In this document: piece by piece, positions 58,289-64,000 of the stretch
Numbering within the stretch: the first letter of the stretch is position 1
Layout of the letters: every line of letters begins with the position of its first letter
Source: an uncultured Clostridia bacterium
Lineage (GTDB): Bacteria > Acidobacteriota > Aminicenantia > JAMOAD01
Assembly: GCA_964634755.1 (NCBI GenBank)
Contig: CAZWJH010000001.1
Location: forward strand, 12,317-76,316
Direction: 5' to 3'
DNA length: 64,000 nucleotides
The notes under the pieces: model-generated
The model's database searches: none
Seen by the model: the letters and a program-made list of their open reading frames with translations, nothing else
What the model was told of the DNA's origin: nothing
Made by a program: the position numbers and the translations under genes

Positions 58289-60196
58289 ATGAAAAGGGTT
58301 GCTCTTATTGGCCAGCCTAATTGCGGAAAATCGGCTCTTTTTAATGCAATAGCAGGCTATAAGGCAAATTCATCTCACTTCCCCGGAACTACAGTTGAAA
58401 TATTAACAAGTGATGTCATTTATAAAAACGAAACATTTGAATTAGTAGACCTTCCCGGTTCATACTCTCTTTCTCCCTTTGATAAAGCAGAAGAAGTTAA
58501 CACTTTATTTATTCTAAAGGAAAATTTTGACCTCATAATAAATGTAATAGATGCATCTATCCTCAACAGATCACTTGAGCTTACTATAGAAATACTTGAC
58601 ATAGGAAAACCAACAATTGTAGTACTTAACATGATGGATGAGGCGAAAAAAAAGGGAATAAAAATAGACATTGAGAAACTATCATCTATCCTTGGAGTTC
58701 CGGTAATCCCAACAATTGCACTCTATGGCGAGGGGGTTGACAATCTTTTAAATAATGTAATAGAGCTTTTAAAAAACCCCAAAAAAAATAAACCTATTAC
58801 ACTTAATTCTACTATTGAAGCAATTGCAAATAAATTGTCCTCATACTTTAAAGATAGAGAAGAAAAAAGATTTATAGCATTTAAAGGGATAGAATGGCCT
58901 GAGTTAAAAAACTATATTAAAATTCCAAAGGAATTCTTTGTTGAAATAGAAAAAATCAATGAGGAAATAGAAAAAATTTATGGCAGGGATATTAAAGAAT
59001 TTATTTTTTCAGAAAGGCACCATCTATCAATGAAGATAGCAGAAGAAGTGGTAAAGGTAAGTCATATAATAGAAAAAACAATGGAAGAAAAAATAGATAA
59101 AATATTATATCACCCATTTTGGGGATATATTATTTTCCTCCTCTCTTTTATTTTAGTCCTGCTTCTTATTTTCAAAATAGGAGGTCTTCTTGAGGAAATT
59201 TTCGTTTATCCCTTTGATATTTTATCCGCAAAATTCCAATCAATAAAGGCAGCAAAAATACTTAAACCTCTTATCAATGGAACACTGGAAGGGACAATGG
59301 GAGCCATAGGAGTAATTGTTCCTTTTATGGTCCCCGTTATTTTCTTTATATCTTTGTTTGAGGAAACCGGTTTTCTTGCAAGATCAGCTTTTCTTTTCGA
59401 CAGTTTCATGCATAAAATAGGCTTACACGGCAAATCAATCCCCCCCTTAATAATGGGATTTGGTTGTAATGTACCCGCAATTTCAGCCACAAGAATCATT
59501 GAAAGTGAAAGGGATAGAATAATAACAGCGCTTTTAATTCCCTTTATTCCATGCTCTGCAAGAACAATTATCATTTCCGCTCTTGTGAGTAAGTTCTTGG
59601 GGGTATGGTGGGCACTTTTTATTTATTTAATTTCCATTGTAATAGCAATACTAATAAGTCTAATAGCTTCAAAATTAATAAAGTATCCGGCGCCTGGTTT
59701 AATAATGGAAATCCCCGGTTTTAAAATTCCAAGCATGAGAAATGTACTAATAAAGACATGGCTTCAATTAAAACCTTTTCTATTTTATGCTGTTCCGATC
59801 TTGATTTTGGGGAGCATATTCATAGAATATTTTAAACTATATGGAGCAGAAGGTATAATAAATGGAATTTTAAGACCTATAACCTATGTTCTAAATCTTC
59901 CGCCTCAGACAGGATTTACTCTTATTTTCGGTTTTTTAAGAAAAGAGTTGGCTCTTTTAATGCTGGGGCAATCTCTCGGAGTTAAAATAACAGAGATCAC
60001 ATCTGTTCTCACACCTTTACAAATTCTTTCATTTACAATTTTTACTACTCTTTATGTCCCCTGTTTAGCCACTTTATTAATAATTAAAAAAGAGTTTAAT
60101 GGCAAAATTGCGACAATCTCTCTAATCTTAAATGTAGGCGTAGCTCTCTTAGTTACCACTATAATAATTCAAATATTAAAAATCATAGGAATCTGA
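58289..60196 (+). CDS. feoB: ferrous iron transport protein FeoB
   Basis: N-terminal G-domain GQPNCGKSALFNA, DLPG, NMMD, followed by a polytopic membrane domain with the Gate motif. Confidence 0.9.
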   Translation: MKRVALIGQPNCGKSALFNAIAGYKANSSHFPGTTVEILTSDVIYKNETFELVDLPGSYSLSPFDKAEEVNTLFILKENFDLIINVIDASILNRSLELTIEILDIGKPTIVVLNMMDEAKKKGIKIDIEKLSSILGVPVIPTIALYGEGVDNLLNNVIELLKNPKKNKPITLNSTIEAIANKLSSYFKDREEKRFIAFKGIEWPELKNYIKIPKEFFVEIEKINEEIEKIYGRDIKEFIFSERHHLSMKIAEEVVKVSHIIEKTMEEKIDKILYHPFWGYIIFLLSFILVLLLIFKIGGLLEEIFVYPFDILSAKFQSIKAAKILKPLINGTLEGTMGAIGVIVPFMVPVIFFISLFEETGFLARSAFLFDSFMHKIGLHGKSIPPLIMGFGCNVPAISATRIIESERDRIITALLIPFIPCSARTIIISALVSKFLGVWWALFIYLISIVIAILISLIASKLIKYPAPGLIMEIPGFKIPSMRNVLIKTWLQLKPFLFYAVPILILGSIFIEYFKLYGAEGIINGILRPITYVLNLPPQTGFTLIFGFLRKELALLMLGQSLGVKITEITSVLTPLQILSFTIFTTLYVPCLATLLIIKKEFNGKIATISLILNVGVALLVTTIIIQILKIIGI

Positions 60197-60669
60197 TGAG
60201 AGAATGGTATCTGATAATTACAAAACCACAAAAAGAATTTTTTGTTGAAAAAGCGCTGAAAGAAAATTTAAAGGATATTGAAGTTTACTGTCCTAAAAGA
60301 TTAAAAAAAGGGAAATTAAAATCTTTTTTTCCAAGCTATCTTTTTGTAAAATTTGATAAGGAAAAATACTTTCATACAATTAAATATACAATGGGCGTTA
60401 AAAGTATCTTTATGGTAGACGGAGAGCCCCTCAAAGTCCCTGAAAAAATAATAAAAAAGATAAAAGAGAATGAAGAGAATGGTATAGTAAAAATAAGAAG
60501 AAAGAGCGGACCATTGAAAAAAGGAGATAGAGTCAGGATTGAAGAGGGAGCATTGGAAGGTATTGAAGGTATTTTTCATTCTGAACTAAAAGATTCAGAA
60601 AGAATAAGAATTTTAGTTTCCTCTATCTTAGTAATCACACAAAAAGAAAAAATCTCAAAAATAGGATAA
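60196..60669 (+). CDS. NusG-family paralog (NGN + KOW) translationally coupled to feoB
   Basis: 157 aa. WYLIITKPQKEF...FFPSYLFVKF (NGN) and KKGDRVRIEEGALEGIEGIF (KOW). The start ATG overlaps the feoB TGA (ATGA). Confidence 0.6.
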   Translation: MREWYLIITKPQKEFFVEKALKENLKDIEVYCPKRLKKGKLKSFFPSYLFVKFDKEKYFHTIKYTMGVKSIFMVDGEPLKVPEKIIKKIKENEENGIVKIRRKSGPLKKGDRVRIEEGALEGIEGIFHSELKDSERIRILVSSILVITQKEKISKIG

Positions 60670-60686
60670 ATTCTTAATTAATTTAT

Positions 60687-62066
60687 TTATTTAAAAAGAT
60701 AATTAATTCCTAATTGATTTATTTTGTATCTAAGAACTCTCTCACTTATTCCCAAAAGTCTTGCTGCCTTTGTCTTAACACCCCCAGATTTCTCAAGGGC
60801 TTTTAAAATAAGTTTTTTTTCTATTCTTTCTACAACAAGAGGTAAAGACTCATCAAGAGCATCCAAACTTCCAAAATCATCGCTCTCATTAACAGCAAGA
60901 AATGAAGCAATATCTTTTTTTTCTATAACACCAGTATCATTCAAAACAACTCCTCTTTCTATAATATTTTCAAGTTCCCTTATATTCCCCGGGAAATTAT
61001 ACCTGTTTAATAATTTTATAACATCTCTGCTCACACCTTTGATGTTTTTATTTTCTCTTTCATTAAACTTTTTTATAAAATAATCGATCAAATATGGAAT
61101 TTCCTCTTTTCTCTCCCTTAAAGGTGGTACTTCAATTTTTATCACATTAAGTCTATAATAAAAATCATCTCTGAACTTTTTTTCTTTTACTAATTTTTCA
61201 AGATTTTTATTTGTTGCAGCAATAATTCGTACATCTGTTTCTATAGGGGTTGAGGAACCAAGTCTTGTAACCTTTTTATCCTGAATAACTCTTAAAAGTT
61301 TTGCCTGGGTAACCAGAGGAATTTCAGCTATTTCATCTAAAAACAGCGTCCCACCATTTGCAGCTTCGAATTTACCTTTTATTCTCCTGTCTGCTCCTGT
61401 GTAAGCTCCTCTTTCAGCACCAAAAAGCTCTGATTCTATCAATGTCTCTGGAATAGCAGAAATATTGACTTTAATAAACGGTTGGTTCGTTCTGTCTGAA
61501 GAATAATGAATTATTTCCGCAATCTTTTCCTTTCCTGTACCAGTTTCTCCTATTATAAGAACATTCGCATTACTTTTTGCAACTTTAACTGCCATTTTAA
61601 CTATGTTTTCCATTAAAGGTGATTTATAAACAAAATTATCTACATTAAAACTCCCCTCTCCCACTTTCTCTCTCAATTCCTTTAATTCCCTCTTTATTTC
61701 CATAAACTCAATTGCTTTTTTTATTCTAACTATAAGTTCATCCTTTTTTATAGGTTTTTGCAGAAAATCAAAGGCACCTGCCTTCATCGCCTGCACAGCC
61801 AATTCAACATCACCATACGCAGTTACAAGAATTATCTGAATAAAAGGGTGGTTCTTCTTAACTACTTTTAATATTTCTATCCCATTTGTTTCTTTTAGTC
61901 TATAATCCACTATTAAAACATCAAAAAAATCTGATTCTAAAGAGTTAAAAAGTTCTTCCGAGGTTGAAAATGTTTTAACATTAAAACCAGAAAGGATTAA
62001 AATATCTTTTAGAAGCTCCCTTTGAAGTTTTTCATCTTCAATAATTCCAATTTTAATATTTTTCAT
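60687..62066 (-). CDS. sigma-54-dependent response regulator (NtrC family: REC + AAA+ + Fis-type HTH)
   Basis: REC D (VLIVDYRL), Walker A GETGTGKE, GAFTGA-like GAERGAYTGA, ESELFG, C-terminal HTH. Start reassigned to MKNIKIGIIEDEK with a GAGGAAGGTG RBS. Confidence 0.85.
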   Translation of the reverse strand: MKNIKIGIIEDEKLQRELLKDILILSGFNVKTFSTSEELFNSLESDFFDVLIVDYRLKETNGIEILKVVKKNHPFIQIILVTAYGDVELAVQAMKAGAFDFLQKPIKKDELIVRIKKAIEFMEIKRELKELREKVGEGSFNVDNFVYKSPLMENIVKMAVKVAKSNANVLIIGETGTGKEKIAEIIHYSSDRTNQPFIKVNISAIPETLIESELFGAERGAYTGADRRIKGKFEAANGGTLFLDEIAEIPLVTQAKLLRVIQDKKVTRLGSSTPIETDVRIIAATNKNLEKLVKEKKFRDDFYYRLNVIKIEVPPLRERKEEIPYLIDYFIKKFNERENKNIKGVSRDVIKLLNRYNFPGNIRELENIIERGVVLNDTGVIEKKDIASFLAVNESDDFGSLDALDESLPLVVERIEKKLILKALEKSGGVKTKAARLLGISERVLRYKINQLGINYLFK

Positions 62067-62083
62067 CCTTTCACCTTCCTCTT

Positions 62084-63346
62084 TCATACTTTCAAAATAA
62101 TTATATCCCCTAACTCGTAGGAGGAATGTTTCATTTTCCACCTGTGAAATTCCACTATTTTCTTCACAAGAAAAACCGTATCTTCTATCTCTTTAGTTCT
62201 AATCTTCTCCAATTTTTCATCATTGTCCATGTAAATAACTTTAGAAAACTTATTTTTACCACTCCCTTTAAAGATAATTTCCCTTTTATCAGAATCAATT
62301 ACAATAGAAACAAAACCATCTTTACCTACACCTTCACAAAATCCCTTTATTAAATAGTAAAAAAGAATTGATAATAATTCTTGATCACCTCCGACAACAA
62401 GATTTTCTCCATTTTCCTTTAAGCTTAAATTAATCTGATATTCTCTCTCCAAATTATTTAAAAGAGAGAAAATTAAGGTATTTAAATCAACACTTTCGTT
62501 GGCCTGAGAAATATTATTATCCTCATCTCCTGCTTCTTTCTTTATTAGCATTTCAAAGCTTCGGGTAAATCTCTTTATTCTCTCAATTTCTTCCCCGCCC
62601 CTCTTGATAAGTTCCATAACTTTTTCATTTTCTTTTTCCACACCCAATTTCTCAAAAATAAGATAAAGGGTATTCAAAGGATTTCTCAATTCATGAGAAA
62701 GAGCCATTGAAAGAACAGAAAGTGTTCTGAAAATCTTTTTCTCCCTTCTTTCTTTTTCTATAATTTTCTCTCTATCCACTACAGACGCATTATACTCCAT
62801 TATTTTAATATAGTATAAAAATAAAAAAACAGCAATTAAAATATTGAAAATAATTAGAATTCTGATGTGCATTATTTTCAGCATTGCTGAATACTCTTGT
62901 ATAAATCCTACAGTAAAAAGGACTTCTTTTCCCTCTACAACTCCATTGACATTTAATTCATACACTCTACCAACCGGCGTTTTTAAAACCCTTACTGACA
63001 AGTTTTTTTGAGGAGAAAATCCAAAAATAGGTAAAAACCCTTCATACTTAGATTCCCAACTCCATAAATTCTCTCTGTTCACCCTAAATGCATAATATAT
63101 TACATCCTTGGAAATATAAAGCTTTTTAACTATACTATTCTTCAAAAGGGATAATTCTTTAAAACTTTTTTGCTTTGAAAGCTCCATTTTAAAAAAAGAG
63201 CCCAAAAATTTTAATTTTTCAAAATAACCTTTCTCAAGATTACTTTTTAAAAAACTCTGATTTATGATAAATAAAAGAACCGAAGCAATAATAAAAATAG
63301 TAAGGGGGAATATATAAAAATACAGCAAAAGTTTCCTATTTCCCAT
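62084..63346 (-). CDS. sensor histidine kinase
   Basis: Two TM segments around a periplasmic domain, H-box LSHELRNPLN, C-terminal HATPase-like region. Confidence 0.75.
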   Translation of the reverse strand: MGNRKLLLYFYIFPLTIFIIASVLLFIINQSFLKSNLEKGYFEKLKFLGSFFKMELSKQKSFKELSLLKNSIVKKLYISKDVIYYAFRVNRENLWSWESKYEGFLPIFGFSPQKNLSVRVLKTPVGRVYELNVNGVVEGKEVLFTVGFIQEYSAMLKIMHIRILIIFNILIAVFLFLYYIKIMEYNASVVDREKIIEKERREKKIFRTLSVLSMALSHELRNPLNTLYLIFEKLGVEKENEKVMELIKRGGEEIERIKRFTRSFEMLIKKEAGDEDNNISQANESVDLNTLIFSLLNNLEREYQINLSLKENGENLVVGGDQELLSILFYYLIKGFCEGVGKDGFVSIVIDSDKREIIFKGSGKNKFSKVIYMDNDEKLEKIRTKEIEDTVFLVKKIVEFHRWKMKHSSYELGDIIILKV

Positions 63347-63353
63347 TATTTTT

Positions 63354-63734
63354 CTATTTAACCCTCCATAAAGGAAATCCCTGTTTTGTTCTTAACTCAA
63401 CAGAATAGTCGGCTGTAGAGATTTTTCTAACTACTATCCAATTTTCTTTAGAAAGAGAACCTATAACATGGATTTTTAAATTAGGTTTGACTTTTTCAAA
63501 AAATTCCTCTTTCAAAAACCATCTTGGAGAAATCTCAAGGATAAAAATTTTATTTCCGACTTCTGATTTCGCTGTTATCAAAACAAAATCCTTTTCTCCG
63601 TACATAGAGATATTTGACAAAGCAAGAACAATAAGCTTTGTTTTTACTTCTTTTACAGGATTGTACAAAGTAGCATTAATGTTATTAAATAAAAGATAAA
63701 AAATAAAAAATAAAAAAACAGCTACTTTTTTCAT
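63354..63734 (-). CDS. small secreted hypothetical protein upstream of the two-component system
   Basis: 126 aa with signal peptide (MKKVAVFLFFIFYLLF). Confidence 0.3.
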   Translation of the reverse strand: MKKVAVFLFFIFYLLFNNINATLYNPVKEVKTKLIVLALSNISMYGEKDFVLITAKSEVGNKIFILEISPRWFLKEEFFEKVKPNLKIHVIGSLSKENWIVVRKISTADYSVELRTKQGFPLWRVK

Positions 63735-63950
63735 AGAAACTAATATTAAATTTTCATACCAGGTTAAAAGTTAAGGATTTAAGGAAAAACATCCTCTTTT
63801 TCCTAAAAATAAAACGACATATTTGTCGATATTTGGTTTCTTTTTGTCGAAACAAAATTTTTCAAAAGTTCAATTTAGTTCTAATAATAACTCTTCCTAA
63901 CTGGCACATTTATTGAACAACATTTTTACTATTTAAATAGTGGAGAGAAG

Positions 63951-64000
63951 GATGAAAAAAATCGCCTTAATAAGTATGTTATTGTTTTCTTTTTCTTTGT
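63951..64000 (+). CDS. 5' fragment of a signal-peptide-bearing protein (truncated by window end)
   Basis: GGAGAGAAGG RBS followed by ATG at 63951, encoding MKKIALISMLLFSFSL. Confidence 0.3.

Noticed and set aside
1-64000. CRISPR arrays, IS elements, integrases, phage or toxin-antitoxin modules
   Set aside because: No evenly spaced direct repeats, transposase-like or integrase-like ORFs were seen. The only tandem repeat found (17071-17140) has a 7-nt period inside an ORF.

Overview
Low-GC (~33%) chromosome segment from an anaerobic, thermophile-like bacterium. The gene set and protein composition (K/E/I-rich) resemble the Thermotogae.

The window contains:
- Housekeeping operons: rpsP-KH-rimM-frr, ftsK, argS, thrS-infC(ATT start)-rpmI-rplT-pheST, rny-zapA, hspR-dnaJ, era, feoAB.
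- Three tRNAs: Ser-TGA, Val-GAC, and an initiator-like Met-CAT.
- A GldA/F/G-like ABC system.
- C4-dicarboxylate enzymes: malic enzyme, a split class I fumarase, and an aspartase.

The dominant feature is a ~14 kb co-directional [FeFe]-hydrogenase supercluster on the minus strand (11.6-25.9 kb). In 5' to 3' order it encodes a DRTGG protein, a second NuoE-like subunit, a Cys-less thioredoxin-like protein, a 1025-aa NuoF-GltD fusion, hydC, hydB, hydA, two tandem TM1266-family regulators, hydG, a small ORF, aspA, hydE and hydF. Three points about this cluster stand out:
- The HydA H-cluster L1 motif reads TSCSPGW instead of the canonical TSCCPxW.
- The NuoF-GltD fusion suggests an NADP-linked electron-bifurcating module.
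- A GC-rich hairpin and a heptamer tandem repeat sit just upstream of hydG.

A second candidate novel system lies at 50.8-53.9 kb: a class III aminotransferase, a LuxE-like acyl-protein synthetase and a LuxC-like acyl-CoA reductase, translationally coupled. It could make a fatty amine by a fatty acid -> aldehyde -> amine route. It sits next to a tRNA-fMet and a block of hypothetical, secreted-protein genes.

Other points: a NusG paralog is translationally coupled to feoB; several near-consensus sigma-70 promoters are visible; no CRISPR arrays, transposases or phage genes were seen.

All functional calls rest on motif recognition from the translated ORFs. No database search was possible.
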